From Candidatus Aminicenantes bacterium (GTDB taxonomy: Bacteria; Acidobacteriota; Aminicenantia; Aminicenantales; Saccharicenantaceae): a stretch of DNA of 64,000 bases. The notes under the pieces are model-generated. The model was not told where the DNA came from and made no database searches. It saw only the letters and a program-made list of their open reading frames with translations. How positions within the stretch are numbered: the stretch's first letter is position 1; every line of letters starts with the position of its first letter. The position numbers and the translations under genes are program-made. The stretch lies in the NCBI GenBank assembly GCA_963843505.1, contig CAWJKR010000005.1, forward strand, positions 74,632 through 138,631, written 5' to 3'. Positions 11,367 to 20,394 of the stretch are shown piece after piece.

Positions 11367-11834
11367 GTGAAAAGACGTAAATTCCTGGCCGTCACGGGGC
11401 TCGCGGCCGCTGTCGCGTCCCGGGCCTTCGGCGGCGTCAAGAGGAGCAAGATCATGAAGAAACAGGTCCAGACCGACAAGGCGCCGAAGGCCATCGGCCC
11501 CTATTCCCAGGGCATCATCGCCAACGGCTTCGTCTTCTGCTCGGGCCAGATCCCCATCGACCCGGCCACGAGCGAGCTCAACACCGGCACGATCGAGGAC
11601 CAGACCCGTCAGGTCCTCAAGAACGTCGGGGCCGTCCTCGAGGCGGCCGGCTCGTCCTATGACGATGTCGTCAAGACGACCGTCTTTCTCCAGGACATGA
11701 ACGATTTCGCCAAGATGAACGCGGTCTACGCCGAGTTCTTCAAGGCCCCGAACCCGGCCCGGGCCGCGGTCCAGGTGGCCCGGCTGCCGCGCGACGTCAA
11801 GGTGGAGATCGAAGCCATCGCGCTCGTCAAGTAG
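11367..11834 (+). CDS. ridA: RidA/YjgF-family reactive-intermediate deaminase; canonical start probably ATG 11454, with an in-frame Tat-signal-like extension from GTG 11367
   Basis: [29 protein letters not shown]...[46 protein letters not shown]...[29 protein letters not shown] lies 7 nt before ATG 11454. The upstream 29 codons read [23 protein letters not shown]. Confidence 0.9.
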   Translation: MKRRKFLAVTGLAAAVASRAFGGVKRSKIMKKQVQTDKAPKAIGPYSQGIIANGFVFCSGQIPIDPATSELNTGTIEDQTRQVLKNVGAVLEAAGSSYDDVVKTTVFLQDMNDFAKMNAVYAEFFKAPNPARAAVQVARLPRDVKVEIEAIALVK

Positions 11835-12186
11835 CCCGGATTCGGGTCATCGCTCAGTCGGCCGCCGGAGCGGCTCGGAGGATCAGTCTCCGTTCGCTGC
11901 ATGGGAAAAGTTTGAAGACGCCGGGACGTGCGCCGGACTCGGCGCCGAAACAACTCGCTCGGCGTGCGCTACGTCCTCGCTCAAGACTACGTCTTTGCCG
12001 GTTTCCAGCTGAAACTTCCCTACGATCCGTCACGCGCCCCGGCTAAACTTTTCCAAATCGGGCTCGGCCGCGCTCTCCTCGCCGCTCATTTCAGCCTCCT
12101 CGCCTCATCCGTCAGCCCATGATTCTGCACTTATCTCGGCAGCCGACCATGACCGAGCGCTCTTGTAGACCGGGACGGGCGGTTCC

Positions 12187-12194
12187 TGTAAAAT
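12187..12194 (+). promoter_or_regulatory. Extended -10 (TGTAAAAT) 9 nt upstream of the zinc-ribbon gene ATG
   Basis: Sequence ...CCTGTAAAATGACGCCGCTATG. It shares the 10-mer AATGACGCCG with the tRNA-fMet and EamA promoters. Confidence 0.4.
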
Positions 12195-12203
12195 GACGCC
12201 GCT

Positions 12204-12422
12204 ATGCCGTTATATGAATTCGCGTGCAAGAAGTGCGGGAAGAGGTTCGAGTGCCTCGTCTCCGCGGGCAAAGAGAAGGATGTCGTCTGCGCGGAGTGCG
12301 GGTCGGCGGACGTCCAAAAGATGATCTCCTGTTTCGGCATCGGCGGCGGCGGCAGCCGCATCAAGGCCTCCTCCTCGGGCTGCCACACCTGCTCGAGCAA
12401 ATCCTGCAGCACCTGCCATTAA
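12204..12422 (+). CDS. FmdB-family zinc-ribbon protein (CxxC-CxxC)
   Basis: 72 aa. MPLYEFACKKCGKRFECLV...VVCAECGS followed by a Gly/Ser/Cys tail, the typical FmdB/CxxC_CxxC_SSSS layout. Confidence 0.8.
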   Translation: MPLYEFACKKCGKRFECLVSAGKEKDVVCAECGSADVQKMISCFGIGGGGSRIKASSSGCHTCSSKSCSTCH

Positions 12423-12459
12423 GGACAGATCCCGTCAGGGAACGATCTTCGAAGGGACC

Positions 12460-12759
12460 GTGGCGATGGACGAACGTAAGAAAGGGCGCTTTATCGCCGC
12501 TTTCTATGCCGTGGTCTTCGGAGGCTTCACGTCTTACGTTATCTGGACTGAATGGGCCAACCGTCATTTCGCCAGGGCCCTCGATTTCCTGTGCACGCCG
12601 GTCCGCCTCGTCTACGGTCTTTTCTTCGGCGGCAATGATGCCCATATCGGTCTGTACTTCATCGCCTGCGCGGTCTATATGGCCGGCCTCGGCTACGCGC
12701 TGGGCCATTTTCTCTATAAGGGCGTCAGCAAGGCGCGGCGAAGGCGTCTCCAGGCGTAA
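12460..12759 (+). CDS. Small membrane protein, unknown function
   Basis: 99-aa ORF (GTG 12460 or ATG 12466) with two or three hydrophobic segments (FIAAFYAVVFGGFTSYVIW, LVYGLFFGG, IGLYFIACAVYMAGLGYALGHFLY) and a basic tail. Confidence 0.5.
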   Translation: MAMDERKKGRFIAAFYAVVFGGFTSYVIWTEWANRHFARALDFLCTPVRLVYGLFFGGNDAHIGLYFIACAVYMAGLGYALGHFLYKGVSKARRRRLQA

Positions 12760-12770
12760 CGCCGGGTTCC

Positions 12771-12798
12771 TTGACTTCCCGCGGCCGTTGCCTATTAA
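12771..12798 (+). promoter_or_regulatory. Sigma70-type promoter for the hydantoinase operon (TTGACT-N16-TATTAA)
   Basis: TTGACT at 12771-12776 and TATTAA at 12793-12798. The ATG at 12813 leaves only a very short leader with no SD. Confidence 0.45.
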
Positions 12799-12812
12799 AT
12801 AGGCCCTCGGCC

Positions 12813-14844
12813 ATGGCGCATAAGACAAGAACTGATTCCGTCCGCGTCGGGGTGGATACCGGCGGAACGTTCACCGACTTCGTCATCTGGCGGGACGGCC
12901 GGCTCTCCAACAGGAAGGTCCTCTCGACCCCGCAGGATCCTTCGCTGGCGATCATTGAGGGCGTCGGCGACATCCTGAAGGACTCCCCCGCCGTTTTCAT
13001 CGTCCACGGCACGACCGTGGCCACCAATGCCCTCCTCCAGCGCAAGGGCGGCCGTATCGCCTTGATCACGACAGCCGGCTTCGAGGATGTCCTGGCCATC
13101 GGCCGGCAGACCCGCCGCAACCTGTACGCCCTCCAGCCCGAGAGCCGGTTCGAGCTCATTCCGGCCGGCGCGCCGGTTCGGCCTGCAGCGAGACGGACGC
13201 TCGCCTCGGGACGGGTCGAGAAGCCCGTCCGCCGGGCCGAGGTCCGCCGGGTCATCCGAAAAGATCAGGAGGACCGGGCGCCGAGGCCGTCGCCGTTTGC
13301 CTCCTCCATTCCTACGCCAACCCGGAAAACGAGGAGATCGTGGCCGCGGGAGCTCGAGCGGTCGGGCCTTCTCTTCACCGTCTCGAGCCGCCTCCTTCCC
13401 GAGCACCGCGAATTCGAGCGGACCTCGACGACGGCCGTCAACGCCTACCTCATGCCGGTCATGGACCGCTACCTCGGCGAGCTCGACCGCCGCATCGGCC
13501 GGGCCGAGCTGCGCATCATGCAGTCGAACGAAGGCTACATCTCGCCGGCCCGGGCCCGGGTCGAGCCCATCCGGACGGCCCTTTCGGGACCGGCCGGAGG
13601 CGTCGTCGGGGCGCGCGTCCTGGCCCGGGCGGCCGGCTTCCCCGACATCGTCAGCTTCGACATGGGCGGCACTTCGACGGACGTTTCGCTCATCGAAGGC
13701 GCCATCCGGCGGACCCACGAGAGCCGGGTCGGCGACTTCCCCATCCGGCTGCCCATCATCGACATCCACTCGGTCGGGGCCGGCGGCGGCTCCATCGCCT
13801 TCACCGACCGGGGCGGCTCGCTCCGGGTCGGCCCGCAGAGCGCCGGCGCCGATCCCGGCCCGGCCTGCTACGGCAAGGGCGATCTTCCCGACCGTGACCG
13901 ACGCCAACCTCTGCCTGGGCCGCCTGGACCCGGAGTTCTTCCTGGGCGGCCGGATGAAGATCTTCCCGGAACGGAGCCTGGCGGCCGTCTCGCGGCTGGC
14001 CGCGCGCGATCGGCAAATCGGCCGAGCGAGACCGCTCTCGGCATCGTGGCCATCGCCAACGCCAACATGGAAAAGGCCATCCGCGTCATCTCCGTCGAGC
14101 GAGGCATCGATCCCCGCGCCTTCGCCCTCTTCTCCTTCGGCGGGGCGGGCGGCATGCACGCCGTCGAGATGGCCGCTCACCTGGGCATGCCCACGGTCAT
14201 CGTGCCGCGCAACGCCGGCGTCTTGTCGGCCTTCGGCCTGCTCGTGTCCGATCCCGTCAAGGACTACACCCGGTCGCTCATGCGCACGGACGCCCAGATC
14301 AGCCTGTCGCAGCTCGAGGCGGGGTTCCGGGCCCTGGAGGAAAAGGGCCGGCGGGACATGGCCGAGGACGGGTTCGATCCCGCGGACGTCGTTCTCGAGC
14401 GGTCGCTCGACTGCCGCTACCTGGGTCAATCCTACGAGATCGACGTCCCGTACCGGAAGGCCCGGACTCCCGGCCTGGCCTTCCTCGAGGCCTTCCATCG
14501 CCGCCACAAGCGCCTCTATTCCTACCGCCACGACCGCCGGCCGGTCGAGATCGTCAACCTCCGCGTCAAGGCCGTGGCCGTCACCCCCAAGATCCCCCTC
14601 GAGCGCAAGCCGCGAGCCGCGGTCGTTGGACCCGAAGGCGCTCGTCAAGAAGCAGACGATCCACACCGGCCGGGCCCTCCGGGAAGGGGCCGTCTACGAC
14701 CGGACCCGGCTCGGCCCGGGCAACGCCGTTCCCGGTCCGGCCCTCGTCATCGACCCGGAATCGACGACCTTCCTGCCGCCGGGCTATCGGGCCCGCGTCG
14801 ACGCGTATCTCAACCTGGTCATCCGCAAGGCGGCCCGGCGATGA
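12813..14844 (+). CDS. hyuA: Hydantoinase/oxoprolinase family, A subunit; about five frame switches (~13262, ~13340, ~13888, ~14015, ~14620)
   Basis: VRVGVDTGGTFTDFV, HGTTVATNALLQRKGGRIALITTAGFEDVLAIGRQ, AEAVAVCLLHSYANPENEE, SGPAGGVVGA, SFDMGGTSTDVSLI, SVGAGGGSIA, PTVTDANLCLGRL, FGGAGGMHA. Ends ...NLVIRKAARR with TGA at 14842-14844. Confidence 0.85.
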
Positions 14845-16436
14845 AAAAGGTCGACCCGATCGAGCTCGAGCTCTTCAAGAACGTCTTCGTCTCCATTTCC
14901 GAGGAGATGGCCGCCGTCCTCGGCCGGACCGCCCTTTCGCCGAACATCAAGGAGCGCAAGGACTTTTCCTGCGCCCTCTTCAACCGGGACGGCGGGACCC
15001 TGGCCCAGGGCTCGCACATCCCCGTCCACCTCGGGGCCATGCCCCTCTCCGTCCAGGCCGCGCTCGAGGCCGTGACCTTCGAGAAGGGCGATCTCGTCAT
15101 CCTCAACGACCCCTACCGGGGCGGCACCCATCTGCCCGACATCACCTGCATCTCCCCCGTCTTCATGGGCGGCAGGCTGGCCTTCTTCGTGGCCAACCGG
15201 GCCCATCACTCCGACGTCGGCGGCATGACCCCCGGCTCCATGCCGCTGGCGACCGAGCTCTTCCAGGAAGGCCTGATCATCCCGCCGCTCAAGCTCTATT
15301 CGCGCGGCCGGCTCGAACGAGGACGTCTTCGACCTCATGCTGGCCAACGTCAGGACGCCCGACGAGCGGCGCGGCGACCTCCTGGCCCAGGTGGCGGCCA
15401 ACGAGATCGGGCGGGCGCGGCTCGAGGAGGCCGTGGGCCGCGTACGGCCTGGCCAAGGTCCGCCTCTACGCCGGGCTCATCCAGGATTATTCGGAGAAGT
15501 TCCTGCGGCAGACCCTCCGCGACATCCCCGACGGCGACTATGAGTTCAGCGACCACCTCGACGACGACGGCATCTCCGACCGGCCTATCAAGATCGCGGT
15601 CCGGATCTCCATCCGCGGCGACCGGGCCGTCGTCGACTTCGCGGCTCCTCCGGCCCTCAAACGAGGGCGGCGTCAACGCCAATTTCGCCATCACCTGCTC
15701 GGCCGTCCTCTACGTCTTCCGCTGCCTGGTCGAGGAGGACATCCCCTTCAACACGGGGCTGATGCGGCCGCTCGAGATCCGGGCGCCCAAGGGCTCGATC
15801 GTCAACGCCCGCTTCCCGGCCGCCTGCGCCGGCGGCAACGTCGAGACCTCGCAGCGCATCGTCGACGTCCTGCTCGGCGCCCTGGCCAAGGCCGTTCCCG
15901 GACCGGATCCCGGCCGCGAGCCAGGGGACGATGAACAACGTCGCCTTCGGCGGCTACGATCCGGAGCGGGACCGGCCTTTCGCCTATTACGAGACGATCG
16001 GCGGCGGCATGGGCGCGGGCCGTGACGGCCGCCGGCCTCGACGGCGTCCATACCCACATGACCAATTCCCTCAACACGCCCCTCGAAGCCCTCGAGAATT
16101 ATCTGCCCCTGAAGATCCGCGCCTACCGCCTGCAGGAAGGGCTCGGGCGGCCGGGGGGCCCACGCGGGCGGCGAGGGCATCGTCCGCGAGTACGAGTTCC
16201 GCGTCCCGGTCGACCTGACCGTCATCTCCGAGAGGCGCCGCTTCGCCCCCTACGGCATTCGCGGCGGCGGTCCCGGCGCCAAGGGGCGGAACACGGTCAT
16301 TTCCGGCGGGCGGGCGAAGGTCGTCGGATCGAAGGCCAACGTCAAGCTCCGACCCGGCGACGTCCTCCGGGTCGAGACGCCCGGCGGCGGCGGCTACGGC
16401 AAGCCCCAACATTCTTCGCGAAGGAGACCTCGATGA
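14841..16436 (+). CDS. hyuB: Hydantoinase B/oxoprolinase family, B subunit; at least six frame switches
   Basis: ATG 14841 overlaps the hyuA TGA. MKKVDPIELELFKNVFVSISEEMAAVLGRTALSPNIKERKDFSCALF, NDPYRGGTHLPDIT, ANRAHHSDVGGMTPGS, LANVRTPDERRGDLLAQVAAN, GGVNANFAITCSAV, CAGGNVETSQRIVD, ETIGGGMGAG, THMTNSLNTPLEALE, GGEGIVREYEF, ...VETPGGGGYGKP. Confidence 0.85.
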
Positions 16437-17542
16437 AACCGAGAGCGTTCGCCGTTCTTGCCTTCTTCACCCTGATCCTCATCCTGGGCGTCACGCCGGC
16501 CTGTTCGAGCGGCGCGGCCGAAGCGTCGCTGGCGATGCCGGTGCGCGGCGTCTGGATGCACCCCGGCCTCTTCGGCCCGGACAAGGAAGCCGCCGTCGAG
16601 AAGATGCGGACGACGCTCGACGAATACGCCAAGGCGGGCATCAACACGCTGATCATGCTGGTCAAGAACACGTCCGGACACGTCTATTACGCGAGCGAGA
16701 TCGGCGTCCCGACGGGGCCTATCATTGGGATTTCTTCGGGGTCTTCCTGGAAGAGGCCAAGAAGCGGAAGATGGAGGTCCATCCCTGGTTCTGCGTCTTC
16801 CCCGAATCGGCCCTCCTCGGCGAAGTCCGCCAGCATCCCGAGTGGCTGATCGCCTCGCCGAAGCGCGAGATGGTCGGCGCCGTCAACCCCGCGCTGCCGG
16901 CCGTCGCGCGACTACGAGATCCGCCTGATGCTCGAGGTCGTCAAGAAGTACGACGTGGGCTGGGTCCATCTCGACTACGTCCGCTATCCCTGTGAGCCGA
17001 CCGAGCCGTTCTTCAGCTTCGACGCCGAGACGCTCCGCCTGTTCAAGGCGGACACGGGCATCGACATGGCCGCCGTCAAGGCCCGCGACACGGGCAATCC
17101 GGCCTGGAACGTCTGGCTCCGCTGGAACACGGACCGGGTGACCGTCTTCCTCCGGGAGCTCAAGGACGCCCTCAAGGCCACCGGCCGCAAGGTCAAGGTC
17201 AGCGCCGCCGTCTTCCCCGACGCCGTGAACGCCCGGGTCATGATCGGGCAGGATTGGGCCGCGTGGGGCCGCGACGGCCTCGTCGACATGCTCAATCCCA
17301 TGCTCTACACGAACGACGCCAAGCTCTACGAGAAGCTGACGCGCGAAGCCGTCGGCTTCGGCAAGGGGAAGACGCTCGTCTGCCCGGGGATCGGCATCGG
17401 GACCTCGCACAACCAGAACACGCCCGAGGGCATGATCGAGCAGATGCGGATCAGCAAGGCCCTCAAGGCCGACGGGGTCGTCTATTTCTCGTCGTCGAGC
17501 CTCAAGCAGCCCTTCCTCGACGCCCTGAAGGCGCTAAAATAA
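16433..17542 (+). CDS. Glycoside-hydrolase-like 10 (GHL10/YngK-YddW type) lipoprotein; frame switches near 16715 and 16905
   Basis: ATG 16433 overlaps the hyuB stop. Lipobox ILGVTPACSS. Then VRGVWMHPG, GINTLIMLVKNTSGHVYY, EVHPWFCVF, VHLDYVRYP, NPMLYT. The family assignment rests on remembered motifs only. Confidence 0.7.
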
Positions 17543-17551
17543 GCGCCGTCC

Positions 17552-18028
17552 CTAGATCTTCTTGAGCTTTCCTTCTTCGATGAGCAGCATGCCCTGGTAG
17601 GAGACGTAGTTCAGGAGGATCATCACCCGCTCGCTGTCGCCGACCTCTTTGCGGAAGATGCCCTTCAGGCCCTTGAGCGGGCCCTCGACGACCTCGATCT
17701 CGTCGCCGACCGCCGGCTCCTCGCCGTACCTCTCGAAGACGATGAGCCCGTCCCGCTCCCGGGCCCTGATGCCCTCGACGATCTCCGTCGGGATGGGGAT
17801 CGGGCCGGCGTCGTTGCCGACGATGCGCTTGACGCCGCGGGTGTACTTGACCATCTGGAACTGGTCCGGGAATTCGAAGCGGAGAAAGGCGTAGCCCGGG
17901 AAAAAGGGGACGATCCTCTTCTCGCGGACGTACTTGGGACAATAGATCGTGAACCCGCCCTCGATGAAGAGCCGTTCGACCTGGCTCTCCTTCTTGGGCC
18001 TGGTGTTGACGACGTACCAGAGGGGCAT
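17552..18028 (-). CDS. NusG-family specialised paralog (NGN + KOW), 158 aa
   Basis: MPLWYVVNTRPKKESQVERLF...FPGYAFLRFE is the NGN domain. GDEIEVVEGPLKGLKGIF is the KOW motif. AGGAG lies upstream and the ATG overlaps the stop of the preceding gene (TGATG). Confidence 0.8.
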   Translation of the reverse strand: MPLWYVVNTRPKKESQVERLFIEGGFTIYCPKYVREKRIVPFFPGYAFLRFEFPDQFQMVKYTRGVKRIVGNDAGPIPIPTEIVEGIRARERDGLIVFERYGEEPAVGDEIEVVEGPLKGLKGIFRKEVGDSERVMILLNYVSYQGMLLIEEGKLKKI

Positions 18029-18873
18029 CAACGCTCCTTCCGGGCGGCGTCGGTGAGGCCCATCGACCGCGTAGACCGGCGGGCCTGCGGTCCTCGAGGA
18101 AATGGCGCGCGGCGTGGGAGGCCGCGTTCTTGGCGAAGTCGCAATCGGCGTAGAGGATGTGGTCGCGGCCGCGCGGCGCCCGGGCGATGACCCGGCCGTC
18201 GGGGTCGGCGACGAACGATTCGCCGGCGAACTCGAGGCCCTCCTCGCGCCCGACCCGGTTGACGAGGGCGGCGTAATAGCCGTTCTGGAAGGCGGCCACC
18301 TGGAGCTCGGCCTCGAAGATGCCCTCGCGTCCACTCCCCCACCGCCCCGGCCTGGGGCACGACGACGATCTCGGCCCCGGCCAGGCGCAGGCCCCTCATG
18401 TATTCGGGAAAATGACGGTCGTAGCAGATGGCGACGCCGATCCGGCCCACGGCCGTGGAATAGACGAATCTCTCCCGGTCGCCCGGCGTGTAGTAGCCGC
18501 GCTCGTGGAATCCCGGTCCTTCCATGATGTGGACCATGCGGGTGACGCCGAGGATGCGCGCCGTCGGCGTCGATGACCGGCGAGGAATCGTAGGTCTTGT
18601 CCCCGTCGCGCTCGAACAGGTTCAGGACGGCGACCGTGCCCGTTTCGCGGGCCAGGGCGCAGAAGCGATCGGTCGTCGGCCCGGGGATCGTCTCGGCCTG
18701 CGCGGGGCTCGCGGCCGTCGCCGGGACCTGGGGATAGAACCGGGTGAAGGCCAGCTCGGCGAAGGCGACGAGGTTCGCCCCGTTCCGGGCCGCCTCGAGA
18801 AAGGCGGCCTCGCCCCTGGCCCGGTTCCCGGCCGGGTCGCCGTGGCGTGCTGCTGGACGAGCGCGATCCTCAA
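18028..18873 (-). CDS. Carbon-nitrogen hydrolase (nitrilase superfamily) protein; frame switches near 18845, 18330 and 18080
   Basis: TTG 18873 overlaps the pepP stop. RIALVQQHA..., NLVAFAELAFTRFYP, ...MVHIMEGPGFHERGYYTPGD, GRIGVAICYDRHFPE (catalytic Cys context), AEIVVVPQAG, AAFQNGYYAALVNRVGREEGLEFAGESFVADPDGRVIA. Confidence 0.8.
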
Positions 18874-20258
18874 GCCCGGCAGGCCTTTTCGACGTCGGCG
18901 ACCGTCTTGGGGATGGGCGGCCCGAGGACCTTGCGGCCCTTCTCCGTGACCAGGACGTCGTCCTCGATCCGGGCCCCGCCGAAGTCGAGGAACTTCTCGA
19001 CGGCGTCGTAGACGATGAAGTCCCGGTGCTTCTTTTCCTTCCGCCACAGGTCGAACAGGGCGGGGATGAAATAGATCCCGGGCTCGACGGTCATGACGTG
19101 ACCGGGCCGCAGCTCGCGGGCCATGCGCAGGTAGGCCAGCCCGAACTGGGAGCTGCGCTCGACCTTCTCGCCGTAGCCGACGTTGTTCTCGCCGTAGTCC
19201 TCCATGTCGTGGACGTCGAGGCCGAGCTTGTGGCCGAGGCCGTGCGGGAAGAAGAGGGCGTGGGCGCCCGCGGCGACGGCCTCGGCGGCGTCGCCCTTCA
19301 TCAGGCCGAGGTCCTTCAGGCCGTCGGTCATGACCCGGGCCGTCTGGAGGTGGATGTCCTTGAAATTGACGCCGGGCTTGATGGCCTTGATGGCCGATTC
19401 CTGTCCGGCCAGGACGATCTCGTAGATGTCCTTCTGACGGGCGTTGAAGCGGCCGCCGACGGGGATGGTGCGGGTGATGTCGGAGGCGTAGCCGCTCGAG
19501 GCTTCCGCCCCGCAGTCCGTGACCAGAAGGCGCCCCTTGACCAGAAGGTTGTCGTGAGCGTGCATGTGGAGGATCTGGCCGTTGATCGTGACGATGGGCG
19601 GGAAGGCCAGATGCATGCCGTAGGCGAGGGCGATCCCCTCCATGGCCCCCGAGATCTGGTATTCGTAGCGCCCGGGCTTGGCCAGCTTCATGGCGGCCAG
19701 ATACATCTCGTGGCTGACGGCCACGGCGCACTCGATCTCCCGGACCTCCTCCTTGGACTTGAGGATCCGCTGGTCGACCGAGCCCTTGATGAACGCGGCC
19801 GAGGCCTTGGCCTTGAGCTCCTTGATGGGGATGCCGAGGAGATCGCTCAGGACGATGGCGTTGTCCGGCCGGTAGGGCGGAAGATAATGCACGGGCCGGC
19901 CGGCCGCCAGGGCCTTGCGCACGGCCTCGTCGAACGCGGCCCGGGGGGCGGTGCGGCGGACGCCGATCTCGAGCGCCCGGTCCTTGATCTTGGGCAGATT
20001 CCCCATCCAGATGATGTCCTCGATGCCGATGTCGTCGCCGTAGAGGGTGTCCGTCGCCTCGTCCGCGTCGACGATGGCGGCCAGCCCGGGCGAAGAGAGG
20101 CCGAAGAAATACAGGAACGAGCTGTCCTGCCGGTAGTGAAAGGCGTTGGCCGTGTAGTTCATCGGGCTCTCTTCGTTGGCCAGGAAGAGCATCAGGCCCG
20201 AGCCCACGGACTTCCTCAGGAGCTTGCGTCTTTCGATGTAGGTCGCGGCTTTGAACAT
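18870..20258 (-). CDS. pepP: Xaa-Pro aminopeptidase (M24B)
   Basis: Intact ORF. ATG 20258 follows AAGGAGG. LVTDCGAEASSGYASDITRT, FFPHGLGHKLGLDVHD, VMTVEPGIYF, GARIEDDVLVT. Confidence 0.9.
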   Translation of the reverse strand: MFKAATYIERRKLLRKSVGSGLMLFLANEESPMNYTANAFHYRQDSSFLYFFGLSSPGLAAIVDADEATDTLYGDDIGIEDIIWMGNLPKIKDRALEIGVRRTAPRAAFDEAVRKALAAGRPVHYLPPYRPDNAIVLSDLLGIPIKELKAKASAAFIKGSVDQRILKSKEEVREIECAVAVSHEMYLAAMKLAKPGRYEYQISGAMEGIALAYGMHLAFPPIVTINGQILHMHAHDNLLVKGRLLVTDCGAEASSGYASDITRTIPVGGRFNARQKDIYEIVLAGQESAIKAIKPGVNFKDIHLQTARVMTDGLKDLGLMKGDAAEAVAAGAHALFFPHGLGHKLGLDVHDMEDYGENNVGYGEKVERSSQFGLAYLRMARELRPGHVMTVEPGIYFIPALFDLWRKEKKHRDFIVYDAVEKFLDFGGARIEDDVLVTEKGRKVLGPPIPKTVADVEKACRA

Positions 20259-20394
20259 GTTCGTCCTCCTTATATCGTCTCTCGCGGATTTTATCACAGA
20301 TTGGCCGGCGTCGTGTAGGGCAGCTTTTCCTTTCACGTTGAAACGCCCTGGGGGCGGTGTTATGATGCCCGGATATCCGGACAGGAGGAGCGCC

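Noticed and set aside
11883-12089. Selenocysteine or readthrough at the in-frame TGA (12030-12032) of the mini-ORF
   Set aside because: There is no Cys/redox motif around the TGA. The only nearby hairpin (GTTTC-AGCTG-GAAAC) starts about 16 nt downstream and has no SECIS-like features that I can recognise. TGA is clearly used as a stop throughout the window. The observation is kept as a finding, but not the Sec claim.
12771-16025. A single 1084-aa ORF that looks like a fused hydantoinase A-B polyprotein
   Set aside because: It is one frame that happens to stay open in GC-rich DNA. It matches HyuA/HyuB motifs only in patches and reads Arg/Pro/Gly-rich nonsense between them. The real genes weave between frames and are separated by an ATGA junction at 14841-14844.
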